Shown here: positions 37,102 to 46,204 of the stretch, one piece after another | Position numbering within the stretch: the stretch's first letter is position 1 | How the letters are laid out: each line of letters begins with the position of its first letter | Assembly (NCBI GenBank): GCA_038844785.1 | Contig: JAWBRA010000013.1 | Location: 1 to 49,218 of the forward strand | Direction of reading: 5' to 3' | DNA: 49,218 nt | Origin: Candidatus Caldarchaeum sp. | GTDB taxonomy: Archaea > Thermoproteota > Nitrososphaeria_A > Caldarchaeales > Caldarchaeaceae | Notes under the pieces: generated by a model | Seen by the model: only the letters and a program-made list of their open reading frames with translations | Told to the model about the DNA's origin: nothing | Databases searched by the model: none | Position numbers and translations under genes: made by a program

Positions 37102-38406
37102 TCACCCACCGGTCCTTGGAACCCTCACCCACGGCGCTGGCTTCCAGCTGTCGGGGTTACCGACAGGCCGCGGCCAGACAACCACTACCTTAGGCTGTCC
37201 GTCGACAACCTGCCACTGCCCCACAGGCCCTCCAAGAGGGCTTTCTATCTTATACGGCGGCCCAAGCCAAGACATGTGCTGATGGTATTTTGTAAACTTC
37301 ACCTTTCCCCTCAAGGTCTGAAACTCGTTTTCCTCCATCGTTTTGACGAGCTTGTCGGGGTCTGTTGAACCAGCTATCTTGATCGCTTGGAATATGACTT
37401 GAAGAGCCTCGTAGGTGTCTGCGGCTTGGTTGAGTGCTTCAGTTCCATATTTTGCGATGTATTTCTCTGTCCACGGAACGAGCTCGGGCGTCACGGCCAG
37501 CTTTATGACTGGTGCTGCGAAGGCTGTTGTCTCGTACTGGACTCTGCCCTCGGTCTTAGCCCAAGCCTCAGGACTGGCTATCGGGTTGTTCACGCCGATA
37601 AGAAAGGCGTTTATCTTCTGCTCGGCGTAAAGCTTCGTAACCAAGTAGCCGTTGTCCGAGGAGAAGACTGGGAAAACGACGTCTGCGCCCCAGCTTTCTA
37701 TGGCCTTCAACTCCGGTATGTCTGTCACACCCAAGGGGACAACCCATGTCTTGACTGTGAAGCCCTTTGCCTCCAGCCGAGGCGTCTCAGCCGCCACCAA
37801 CCCTCTGGCCCAAAGGACATCCTCCTGAAGGAATGCAACCTTCTTTACACCATACTTCGGAGCCAAATAATTTGTGATGAAGTCTGTAAGGACGTTTCCC
37901 AGCGATGTCGCGTTGGTGGTAGACCTGAAGACGTACTTGTATCTTTGATAGTTGTCTATGACGAGTTTTGTCAACGCAGGTGTTTGGGCTGTTCCGACGA
38001 CGAGCGGGACTTTATGGTCAGCCGCCAGCTCCGCTACAACCATGGCTACTTCACTCCTGAAAATTCCAGCCAACGCCACAACCTTGTCCTGCAGTATCGC
38101 TCTCTCAGCCACAAGCTTACCCGTGTCCGGCTTATCCTCGTAATCGTAGACAATGACGTCTACTTTCCGGCCGAGCAATCCTCCGGCTGCGTTGATGTCC
38201 TGCTCAGCAAGCTCGGCGGCGTTGGCCATTGCTTTGCCGGCTCTTGCTGGAGGACCTGTCAACGGTGCCAAAACACCCACCTTTATCGGCTCCGCTGGAG
38301 CCGTAAACAACACACCAAGCATAAGGTAGAGACCAGCTCCTACAGCAAGAACAACCACCACTATAGCTATCACTAGCGTTTTGGAGACAGCCGTTGCTGT
38401 TTGCAT
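37102..38406 (-). CDS. ABC substrate-binding protein (LivK/LivJ family), membrane-anchored
   Basis: PIKVGVLAPLTGP, INAAGGLLGRKV, YVFR. BRE/TATA AAAAGTTTATAAG (38441-38429) favours ATG 38406 over 38424. Confidence 0.92.
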   Translation of the reverse strand: MQTATAVSKTLVIAIVVVVLAVGAGLYLMLGVLFTAPAEPIKVGVLAPLTGPPARAGKAMANAAELAEQDINAAGGLLGRKVDVIVYDYEDKPDTGKLVAERAILQDKVVALAGIFRSEVAMVVAELAADHKVPLVVGTAQTPALTKLVIDNYQRYKYVFRSTTNATSLGNVLTDFITNYLAPKYGVKKVAFLQEDVLWARGLVAAETPRLEAKGFTVKTWVVPLGVTDIPELKAIESWGADVVFPVFSSDNGYLVTKLYAEQKINAFLIGVNNPIASPEAWAKTEGRVQYETTAFAAPVIKLAVTPELVPWTEKYIAKYGTEALNQAADTYEALQVIFQAIKIAGSTDPDKLVKTMEENEFQTLRGKVKFTKYHQHMSWLGPPYKIESPLGGPVGQWQVVDGQPKVVVVWPRPVGNPDSWKPAPWVRVPRTGG

Positions 38407-38492
38407 AGCGGTTTTAGAGAACATAGGTCTTATAAACTTTTGAACTTAAATCTATAGATAATGTGGACACCGCCTGCCGTGGAGGCTGACAA

Positions 38493-39125
38493 CTAAGTGT
38501 TTAGCAGGTTTTCTGCAATTTTTTTATGAGCCCTTCTGAGCATTTCCGAAACTGCTTTCGGTGACGTTCCGAAGACACGCGCCAGCTCCGCCATCTTCGT
38601 CTTCCTCGGCGTGTCGTAAAATCCTACCTTGAGAGCTGTTTTCAGCAGCTTTTCCTGTTTAGCGGTCAGTAGCGGGAGCGGGATGTCCGAGGCGCTGTGG
38701 CTGACCTCCTCTACGACCATCGTAATATGTTTGTTCTCCAACTCGTCTATGAAACGTTTAAACTCTTCGCCGTCTTCAAACAAGGCTGTGAAATTCAGAA
38801 ATTCCGTGGATGGATTGACTTTGATTAAATGCCTGAAAGGTATGCCTGTTACGGCGCAGGCGCACCTACGTGTTTTCACTATTCCAATGTAAGTGTTGTC
38901 TCTTAACGTTTCTTTGAAGACAGCTTTCTCAACAGACGGTATGTTTTTTACAACAGCCCTCATTTCTCCCGCCCTCAAACTCTCCGACGTAACTAAGCAC
39001 AGTGAAGAGGAACCGGGCCCGTTTTGCTGAGGGATGCATTGAAGCACGTTGACATTCACACCATTCTTCGCAAGCTCACGCACCCAGGGGCATTGAACCT
39101 GGATTCTCATCCGTGCAACAAGCAT
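38493..39125 (-). CDS. Bat-like (HTH_10) transcriptional regulator
   Basis: C-terminal LTAKQEKLLKTALKVGFYDTPRKTKMAELA...SEMLRRAHKK. Confidence 0.88.
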   Translation of the reverse strand: MLVARMRIQVQCPWVRELAKNGVNVNVLQCIPQQNGPGSSSLCLVTSESLRAGEMRAVVKNIPSVEKAVFKETLRDNTYIGIVKTRRCACAVTGIPFRHLIKVNPSTEFLNFTALFEDGEEFKRFIDELENKHITMVVEEVSHSASDIPLPLLTAKQEKLLKTALKVGFYDTPRKTKMAELARVFGTSPKAVSEMLRRAHKKIAENLLNT

Positions 39126-39173
39126 CGCTGTTTCTGTCGTTTTCAGAAAGTATTTAAAACTTTTCGGGAAAAG

Positions 39174-39647
39174 TTATTTTTCCACGATGAACTTTCCCCA
39201 CATCCCTAGCTCCGCATGGTTGGGCACCGTGCATATGTAGTAGTACTCGCCGGGCGCGTTGGGTTTGAAGACTATGCTGGCGGATTTTCCTGGCTCGACC
39301 GGGCGAGACGGCGTTCCCAGCTGAGAGTAGAACAACACCTGGGACGTGGATGTTTTATCGCGTGTGACGGCGAACGAATGCGGTATCTTTCCCCTAACCT
39401 CCAACGTTATCTTGACCACGTCACCCACCTTCACCTTAACTGTCGGACCAGGTTCCGACGGCTCGCCGTCTTCATGACCGAACAAGAATTTTCCACTGAC
39501 TTCGGTCGCTACCAGATGTATTTCGACGGTCGGCGGCTCAGTAATAACAGGAGGCGCCGGAGGCATGATGAGAACGGCTGCGATGCCTCCGATAAGTCCG
39601 AGCCCAGCAACCAACGCCAAAAACGAAGCAATCATCACGCTGTCCAA
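39174..39647 (-). CDS. Membrane-anchored type-1 blue copper protein (paralog of 30614-31081)
   Basis: PHSF...YYICTVPNHAELGMWG. Confidence 0.9.
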   Translation of the reverse strand: MDSVMIASFLALVAGLGLIGGIAAVLIMPPAPPVITEPPTVEIHLVATEVSGKFLFGHEDGEPSEPGPTVKVKVGDVVKITLEVRGKIPHSFAVTRDKTSTSQVLFYSQLGTPSRPVEPGKSASIVFKPNAPGEYYYICTVPNHAELGMWGKFIVEK

Positions 39648-39653
39648 TTTCGA

Positions 39654-39914
39654 TCACCTCACTATGCTTGTCACCATGCCCACGATCAACCCCACGGCTA
39701 TCAGCACGGCTACAGCATACAGCAGTTTAATCCAACGCGTCTCCATCAGCAGATGCTGGTAAAACAACGCTATCAGAACAGCTTTCAAGAAGGCTAGGCC
39801 GATTATTCCGGAAACGACCAGCGACAATGTCATGGGTAGACGGAGGATGGCCAGCTCGAGAACTGTTGCGAGCATTAACACAGCCCAAACACCTATGTAA
39901 ACGTTTACCTTCAT
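39654..39914 (-). CDS. Heme-copper oxidase subunit IV
   Basis: 3 TM, LAFLKAVLIALFYQHL; within the cox operon. Confidence 0.85.
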   Translation of the reverse strand: MKVNVYIGVWAVLMLATVLELAILRLPMTLSLVVSGIIGLAFLKAVLIALFYQHLLMETRWIKLLYAVAVLIAVGLIVGMVTSIVR

Positions 39915-39926
39915 GCCCACACCTCC

Positions 39927-42263
39927 CTAAACAAGGTAGAACAACGGAAACAGAAACACCCAGACTATGTCGACGAAATGCCAGTAAAGCCCGAAGTATT
40001 CCACACTTCCATGGTTGTCTTTTGTGTAGAGGTTTTTGAAAGCCTTGACCAACAGATAAGCTAGGACTATTAACCCTGCTGTCACGTGGGCTCCGTGAAC
40101 TCCTGTTGTAATGTAGAAGGTGGTTGCTGGGAGTCCGCTGGTGAACGTAAAGCCCTGCTCGAAGAGATGGAGCCACTCCATCCCTTTGATAACCAAGAAA
40201 GCCAGCCCAAGCACAAACGTGGCCAACAGCGAAGCTTTCAAAAGGTCATTCCGTCCAGCTTTGGCGGCGGCCAACGCTAAGACTGCGGTCATGCTGCTTG
40301 TCAAAAGTATGAAAGTGTTGATAGCGCCTGTTGCTATGTCGTGTGTTGTTCCCGGCCCAGGCCAGTACGAGCTGTTGAGCCTCACAAACACGTAGGACCC
40401 TATCAACCCACCAAACAGCATAACCTCGCTGTAAAGAAAGGTCCAGACACCCAGCTTCATTCTCTCTATTGTTTTGAAGGGCCAGTGCTCTTGAACAGCC
40501 GACTCTACGGCTTTGAATTTTCCGGCCAGATCGTCTCTAGCCCAGCCAGCTATGCTGGCCACGAGAAGAGCGAGACCTACGAACGCTATGGGAGGGAACA
40601 CGAATATCAGGAAGATTAGGAGAGTGGCTAGTGAGATTGTTAAAGGCCATGGGCTGTAGTGTTCTCCGCCAGCTCCGCCGCCGTTGGCGAAGGAAGGCAA
40701 CACCTTTATCGTTCCATCGGGTTCCACCACCGGTTCTCCGTCGAAGTTGTGGATAGGCGGCGGGGAGGTTGTCATCCATTCGAGGCTCCAGCTCTCCCAC
40801 GGGTTGTCGGGAGCCCGTTCACCGCTGCGGAGGCTTCTGAAAAGGTTTAGGAAGAAAACAGGCCATGATGCTGCGAACACGAACGCTCCAATGGTTGACA
40901 GCAGGTTGTTAAGCCCCCATCCAAACCCTGCGTCGTATGTGAAAACTCTCCTCGGCATGTCAACCAGCATGTGCATAGGCACGAAAAGAAGCAGGAAGCC
41001 AACCAAGTATATGATTAGATGTATTCTTCCCAGTGTTTCGCTGTACATCCTGCCGCTCATCTTCGGCCACCAGTAGTACACCGCCGCGACGAGCGCGGTG
41101 GCAGCTCCGCCCACTAGCGTGAAGTGGAAATGGCCGACAACCCAGTAGGTTCCTCTCAGGCCAAGGTCTAAGGCGACCGAGGAGTTGAACACGCCTGTTA
41201 TTCCGCCTACTATGAACAACCCTATTGACGTGACGGCGAACAGCATTGGAACCCTGAACCTAATTGCGCTCCCGACCAACGTAAGGATGTAGGACAGAAT
41301 GATAACTCCGAAAGGTATCGAGATCGTTTCAGTGAGTACTGTCATGATTTTTCTCCAGAGAGGTGATATACCTGTGGTGAACATGTGATGCCCCCAAACC
41401 ATTATGCTGAGCACTGAGCCGGCTATAGCCGCCGCCACAATCACCTTCTTCCCGTAAAGCGGTCTACGGCTGAAAGTGGATAGTATGTCCCCCAGTGCAA
41501 GCAGTCCCGGAAACAACAGTATGTAAACCTCTGGATGGCCGAAGAACCATAGGATGTGGTCCCAGAGAAGAGCGCCGCCTTCTGGTGATGATAGATATGT
41601 TGTGCCTAACACTCGGTCGGCGGCGAGCATCAAAACCCCCGCAGCCAGAGGTGGGAAAGCAAACAACATGAGGAAGACGGTTAGCAATATCCCCCACGTG
41701 AACATCGGGAGCTGCATAAGAGACAGCCCTTTAGCACGCATCCTGAAGATCGTGGTCAGGAAGTTGACCGTGCTAAGGGATACGGAAGCTATAAGCATCA
41801 ACAAGCCAGCGCCACCGAGCGTGACACCGACCTGAGGCGAGAAACGCGAAGTGCTGAGAGGCGCGTAGACTGTCCAGCCTGTGTCTAAAGCACCGCCGGG
41901 CGTGAAGAACCCTAAAGCCGCGAGAAGTCCTCCGAAGAGGATGAGCCAGAAGCTCATGGCGTTAAGCCTTGGGAAAGCCAGGTCACGTGCGCCGATCTGA
42001 AGCGGGACTACATAGTTAGCTAAAGCAAAGGCTAACGGGGATAGGAACCATAGGAGCATAACTATTCCGTGGACTGTCACGGCTTGGTTGAAAGAGCTTG
42101 CGGTCAGGAAATTGTTGTCCGGATACATCAGCTGAATCCTGAACAGCAGCGCCAAAGCGCCGCCAGCGACCAGGAAGTATAGAGACATCAGGAAGTACAG
42201 GATGCCGACATCCTTGTGGTTTGTTGTAAACAGCCATCTCCTTACTGAGTTATGGGGTATCAT
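39927..42263 (-). CDS. coxA: A1-type heme-copper O2 reductase, subunit I fused to subunit III
   Basis: TTNHKDVG, VHG, GARDLAFPRLN, GWTVY, WFFGHPEVY, WGHHMF, GHFH, MPRR; C-terminal FLYSEVMLF, TGVHGAHV, YWHFVDIVW. Confidence 0.95.
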   Translation of the reverse strand: MIPHNSVRRWLFTTNHKDVGILYFLMSLYFLVAGGALALLFRIQLMYPDNNFLTASSFNQAVTVHGIVMLLWFLSPLAFALANYVVPLQIGARDLAFPRLNAMSFWLILFGGLLAALGFFTPGGALDTGWTVYAPLSTSRFSPQVGVTLGGAGLLMLIASVSLSTVNFLTTIFRMRAKGLSLMQLPMFTWGILLTVFLMLFAFPPLAAGVLMLAADRVLGTTYLSSPEGGALLWDHILWFFGHPEVYILLFPGLLALGDILSTFSRRPLYGKKVIVAAAIAGSVLSIMVWGHHMFTTGISPLWRKIMTVLTETISIPFGVIILSYILTLVGSAIRFRVPMLFAVTSIGLFIVGGITGVFNSSVALDLGLRGTYWVVGHFHFTLVGGAATALVAAVYYWWPKMSGRMYSETLGRIHLIIYLVGFLLLFVPMHMLVDMPRRVFTYDAGFGWGLNNLLSTIGAFVFAASWPVFFLNLFRSLRSGERAPDNPWESWSLEWMTTSPPPIHNFDGEPVVEPDGTIKVLPSFANGGGAGGEHYSPWPLTISLATLLIFLIFVFPPIAFVGLALLVASIAGWARDDLAGKFKAVESAVQEHWPFKTIERMKLGVWTFLYSEVMLFGGLIGSYVFVRLNSSYWPGPGTTHDIATGAINTFILLTSSMTAVLALAAAKAGRNDLLKASLLATFVLGLAFLVIKGMEWLHLFEQGFTFTSGLPATTFYITTGVHGAHVTAGLIVLAYLLVKAFKNLYTKDNHGSVEYFGLYWHFVDIVWVFLFPLFYLV

Positions 42264-42268
42264 GGCCG

Positions 42269-43015
42269 CTAAACCCCGCCTCCATACCAACTCTTGAAAG
42301 CCTGCTCAGAAACCACCGAGATCTTAGCCTTCATGTAGGCATGTCCTCCGCCGCACAATTCGTAGCATTGGACGAGGTATTCGCCGAGAAGCTGCGACGT
42401 CATCCACAGGTAGTTTACTTTTCCAGGTATGGCGTCAACACCTGTCTTGAACTGAGGCATGTGGAATTTGTGGAAGACGTCGCTGCTCGTAATCTCGAAG
42501 ACCACAATCTTGCCTGCCGGGATTACCGCCTCGTTGACCACAGCTCTTCCGTTTGGATAGATGAACTTCCAACCCCACTGAAAACCTTCAACCTTGACAA
42601 CCATGACAGAACCGTCCTTAGGCAGCGCTGCAACAAGCTGGGGTGGAGCTTGACCACACAACACTCCCCACATTCCAACGAACAACACAGAGCCGCTTGT
42701 GGAACCCGGACCTGTAGGGGCTTTCTCAAAGAATTCAGAGGCTTGCATCGTGCCGAACGACACGACGAAAAGTATCCCCGCAACAATCACAGTAAGTATT
42801 AACGCAGCACCTATGGTTCCCCTCTCGGCCGGAAGCCTGCCAGGCTTTATAGCGTCAGCTGGCTCGGGAAGCTCCCGCCTAGACCTGTACTTGAAGAGTG
42901 CGTAGACCATCAAGCCTATGACCACTGCTCCAGTCACAGTGCCGATCGTCAGGTAAAGGTCGAACAGGGACTGCCAGGTTTGCGAGATTGGTGACAGCTC
43001 ATATGGGTTAGCCAT
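42269..43015 (-). CDS. coxB: Heme-copper oxidase subunit II (CuA)
   Basis: 2 TM, GFQWGWKFIY, SSDVFH, DAIPG, CYELCGGGHAYM; no fused cytochrome c domain. Confidence 0.94.
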   Translation of the reverse strand: MANPYELSPISQTWQSLFDLYLTIGTVTGAVVIGLMVYALFKYRSRRELPEPADAIKPGRLPAERGTIGAALILTVIVAGILFVVSFGTMQASEFFEKAPTGPGSTSGSVLFVGMWGVLCGQAPPQLVAALPKDGSVMVVKVEGFQWGWKFIYPNGRAVVNEAVIPAGKIVVFEITSSDVFHKFHMPQFKTGVDAIPGKVNYLWMTSQLLGEYLVQCYELCGGGHAYMKAKISVVSEQAFKSWYGGGV

Positions 43016-43094
43016 CGGTTTTATCACGCCGTCTGAGATGATATTGGTTTTGGCTGTAAAATTTTACCCCACCTCAGTATTTTACCCTCAAACA

Positions 43095-43101
43095 TTATAA
43101 A
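43095..43101 (+). promoter_or_regulatory. TATA box for the 43123 gene (leaderless spacing)
   Basis: TTATAAA about 25 nt upstream of ATG 43123. Confidence 0.5.
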
Positions 43102-43122
43102 ACACCATCGATTGAAAAAGGC

Positions 43123-43674
43123 ATGAACAGTTCCGGTGTTTCCAAGGCTGCCGTCATAGGCGTCGTAGTGGTCGTTGTGGCGGTTGCGGCGCTGGCCGTG
43201 TTCATGCTGGCTCCACAGGGACCTAGAACCATCAGGCTCGAGGCGTTGGAGTTCGGGTTCAACGGGCCTTCAGGAGGCCCGAAGATAACAGTCAAAGCAG
43301 GCGAAACTTTGAGGATTACGCTCGTTAACAAAGGAAGCGCAGACCATGAATTCATGATCGTCAAAGACATGAAGGGGCTTCTGACACGTTTGAGCGAGAA
43401 GGTTAAGGAGCTTCAGTCGCGTGGCTTGAAAGAGGAGCAAATAACCACCTCGGAAGAGGTTGAAGAGATAATGGACGAACACGTAGCTATAAAGCTTCTC
43501 GTCGGCGGCAAAGAAGCCACAGAGGTTGAGGTGGAGCCGGGCGACACTTTAGAGTACTCAGTCACCTTCAACGAGAGAGGCACCTACTACTACCTGTGCG
43601 CCGAATTCACGGCAACCTTCCCCCAAACACATGCCGACAAAGGTATGTATGGCACGATAGTCGTAGAGGGCTAG
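43123..43674 (+). CDS. Membrane-anchored cupredoxin, divergent from the cox operon
   Basis: GPKITVKAGE, DHEF, YYYLC-x10-H-x4-M (CAEFTATFPQTHADKGM); helical insertion. Confidence 0.85.
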   Translation: MNSSGVSKAAVIGVVVVVVAVAALAVFMLAPQGPRTIRLEALEFGFNGPSGGPKITVKAGETLRITLVNKGSADHEFMIVKDMKGLLTRLSEKVKELQSRGLKEEQITTSEEVEEIMDEHVAIKLLVGGKEATEVEVEPGDTLEYSVTFNERGTYYYLCAEFTATFPQTHADKGMYGTIVVEG

Positions 43675-43764
43675 CATCAAACCCCTGTCCACAAAACCCT
43701 CGCTGAAAATGATGTGCCTCCGTTTTCGACGATGTTAAGCCATCACCTTGCCATTATATAGAAA

Positions 43765-44166
43765 CTACTTTCGAGCCCATGTCCATGTCTCACCCGTCCA
43801 CTTGAGACCATACCGTTTCTTCACGTCCTCAAACAATCTCCGGACTTTCTCTAAAAAAATAGCGTCTGACTGGAGAACCACTCCGTACTCCAAAGCATCA
43901 AGGATAAGAAGGTTCGGCCTTTCAATCTCTTTAACGAACATCTCTGGAGTATAGCCTATTGGGTCTATCCCCGGCTGTTTGAGGTGCATAAAGTTTTCGC
44001 CAACGTCCGGCGACAACTTTTCGGAAACAACCACAACATCTATGTCACTCTCCTGTGTCCAGGAATTTCTGACGAAAGAGCCGAAAACTATGACGAGACA
44101 TGGCTGAAAACTCTGCCTCAGCCATTCAAGATAATTCTCCAATCTTTTCTTCAACAGCTCGTACAA
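43765..44166 (-). CDS. Minimal nucleotidyltransferase (MNT)
   Basis: VFGSFVR...SDIDVVVVS. Confidence 0.9.
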   Translation of the reverse strand: MYELLKKRLENYLEWLRQSFQPCLVIVFGSFVRNSWTQESDIDVVVVSEKLSPDVGENFMHLKQPGIDPIGYTPEMFVKEIERPNLLILDALEYGVVLQSDAIFLEKVRRLFEDVKKRYGLKWTGETWTWARK

Positions 44167-44524
44167 TCATACTCGCCTCCTGTAAAGCCCTTGCGGCATC
44201 CTGCTCCGTGTAATAGTCGACAGGGGCTCCGGAGTAGAAGGTGTTCACATAGCGTGACTGCAGATAATGTCTGTCCAGGTTAAGCGCAGCCCTATACAGG
44301 TCTTCAGAGAAGTCTACGTTCATGTCGCTGCATCTTCTCAAAAGCTCGGACACGCTATGCCCCCTCGCTTCAACCCCTAGGTAGGCAAGTAAAGCTTTTA
44401 CCGAGAATTCGGCTGCTTGATGCGAAAAGAAACATGAAGCCCAGAAATGTCCCTGCTTGAGAGAATCCTCAGCCTGTGCCAACGCAGCCTTCGACTGCTT
44501 TATCCAGTCACCCCACCTCCTCAA
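44126..44524 (-). CDS. HEPN-domain protein of a HEPN-MNT pair
   Basis: CFFSHQAAEFSVKA, GHSV, LDRHYLQSRY; likely start TTG 44524. Confidence 0.9.
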   Translation of the reverse strand: MRRWGDWIKQSKAALAQAEDSLKQGHFWASCFFSHQAAEFSVKALLAYLGVEARGHSVSELLRRCSDMNVDFSEDLYRAALNLDRHYLQSRYVNTFYSGAPVDYYTEQDAARALQEASMIVRAVEEKIGELS

Positions 44525-44896
44525 CACACAAATTCCTACAACGGCTGGATTTAACTGCATGTACAACATGCCGACAAAAACCGACATCCCACCGCAGAAA
44601 CACCGCTCTCCCCGCAAACAAGTCTTCCACAGGCCGCCGTCCAACCCACAGCACGTGTGTGAAATAAGGTGTAAACCTTTAGACGCATGCGATACCGCAA
44701 ACTTTCGACGTCAGCTATAGCATAAACGATGCAGGTTCTGTTTCAAACCTATAAATCTTTTGCAAACCTGCAAAATTCCAGCAACCTCAACAAAGCTTGA
44801 GAAGCCTATGTCGAAAAGCGGCAACAATTTTATCCTCTGATTCTAGTTTTTTAAAAGTAATCGGGCTAGGAAATTTTTATCTGATTGATTTTCAAG

Positions 44897-46072
44897 ATGA
44901 GACCTATCATGAAGTCATCCGGAATTAGATTGGTGCTGGTTGCCGCAGTTGTTTTCATTATCGTACTTGGTCTTGTTCTGGAGATTGCGGACGCAGCCTA
45001 CAACCCTGAATCGAAATGGAGGAGAACACGCACCAGGACCACCTCAACCTCTCGGACAATCACAACCACATCATCTAGGGCCACTACGACAACCACGGTA
45101 ACAACTACCACGAGTACGGGATATTCTGACACTTTTCCAGCCGTTAACCCGGCGATTCTCGGCACATGTCCTCCCGAAGTCCACGACAGATACTACGTTA
45201 TCGGCCCCGACGGAAGAAAATACCGTACATGGCATCCAGTAACCGTTCCAATCGACCCAGCAAATCCTTCAAGGGGGTCATGTACGTTCGCCCACGAACA
45301 TGGCGACAACCCGAGGCAGGGAAGCTTCACAGACCTTCCAGCCTTTGGATATGCGGCTAAGGTCGCCGGGATGGTTGAGGAAATAGCTGCACATGCAGGC
45401 TTCAAGGTCTTTTACAAGCCAAGGACAGGTGACGGTTTAGGCAACAACGCGGAATGGAGAATTGTTGTGCACCAGGGTACTGCTGGAGCTCGCCGGCTTG
45501 TTCAAACCTTCCACAGCATTCAGATCGACATCGTCGACGCGGCTGGGAGGAGGACCAAGGTGAACCTGATGGCTCCAACTGGGGACCTCAACCCCAAATG
45601 CGGTCCACGTGTAGGAGACAGAATCATTCCTGACGAAGAATGTGTTTTACGAGGGCTGTATTATGAGGTTTGGTATTTCTCGGTACGTGTAGGTTCAGGC
45701 AACATCCATGGAGCGAGGTTTTTCGCGGCACCCGGAATCGCTGTTTACAACCCGATGACCTACATGAAAGTAGGAGACCTTTCCCAAGTATATCCTATAT
45801 GCGGAGTGGTTGAAGGCCTTCCGTTCGGCGACCGACGCAGCTTCTTCCTCGGCAACCTGAGAGCCGTTGAACATCCAGACTTTGGCTGGGGCAACCCAGG
45901 TCCGTCAACTTTCTGGACAGACGCATACGGAAACGAAAGGACTTCAGGATGCGACGCAACAACATGCATTAGACAAACTGTCCCAGCCGGATACTACGCA
46001 TGGTTCGACGACGACAGCACGTTCGACTGGCCTTGGATAGACCTGCCCGTCGGAGCCCCCGGCGGAAACTAA
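44897..46072 (+). CDS. Secreted protein with a Thr-rich linker and a His/Cys-rich globular domain, function unknown
   Basis: Signal/TM, poly-Thr stretch, TWHP, CTFAHEHGDNP, AHAGFK, VHQGT, FHS. Confidence 0.75.
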   Translation: MRPIMKSSGIRLVLVAAVVFIIVLGLVLEIADAAYNPESKWRRTRTRTTSTSRTITTTSSRATTTTTVTTTTSTGYSDTFPAVNPAILGTCPPEVHDRYYVIGPDGRKYRTWHPVTVPIDPANPSRGSCTFAHEHGDNPRQGSFTDLPAFGYAAKVAGMVEEIAAHAGFKVFYKPRTGDGLGNNAEWRIVVHQGTAGARRLVQTFHSIQIDIVDAAGRRTKVNLMAPTGDLNPKCGPRVGDRIIPDEECVLRGLYYEVWYFSVRVGSGNIHGARFFAAPGIAVYNPMTYMKVGDLSQVYPICGVVEGLPFGDRRSFFLGNLRAVEHPDFGWGNPGPSTFWTDAYGNERTSGCDATTCIRQTVPAGYYAWFDDDSTFDWPWIDLPVGAPGGN

Positions 46073-46204
46073 TAACTCCTCGTCGAATTCGAACATCGTT
46101 AAAACCATTTCTTTTCTGTATTTCGTGGTCAAACCGCTTAACCCGTTTCACCGTGGGTATGTTTGGAAAATGCTTAAAATGCCAGCGGCCGGCTGAAAAC
46201 CGGT

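Noticed and set aside
37387-38376. 329-aa ORF on the + strand
   Set aside because: Antisense shadow of the ABC binding protein; no recognisable motifs
44730-44772. 8-bp inverted repeat TGCAGGTT/AACCTGCA containing GGTTCTG, like the IS end
   Set aside because: Too short, and no other element features nearby; may be chance or an operator
45020-45120. ACC/ACA-rich repeat-like DNA (also 19390-19550 and 520-600)
   Set aside because: Explained by Thr-rich linkers or coiled-coil heptads in coding sequence
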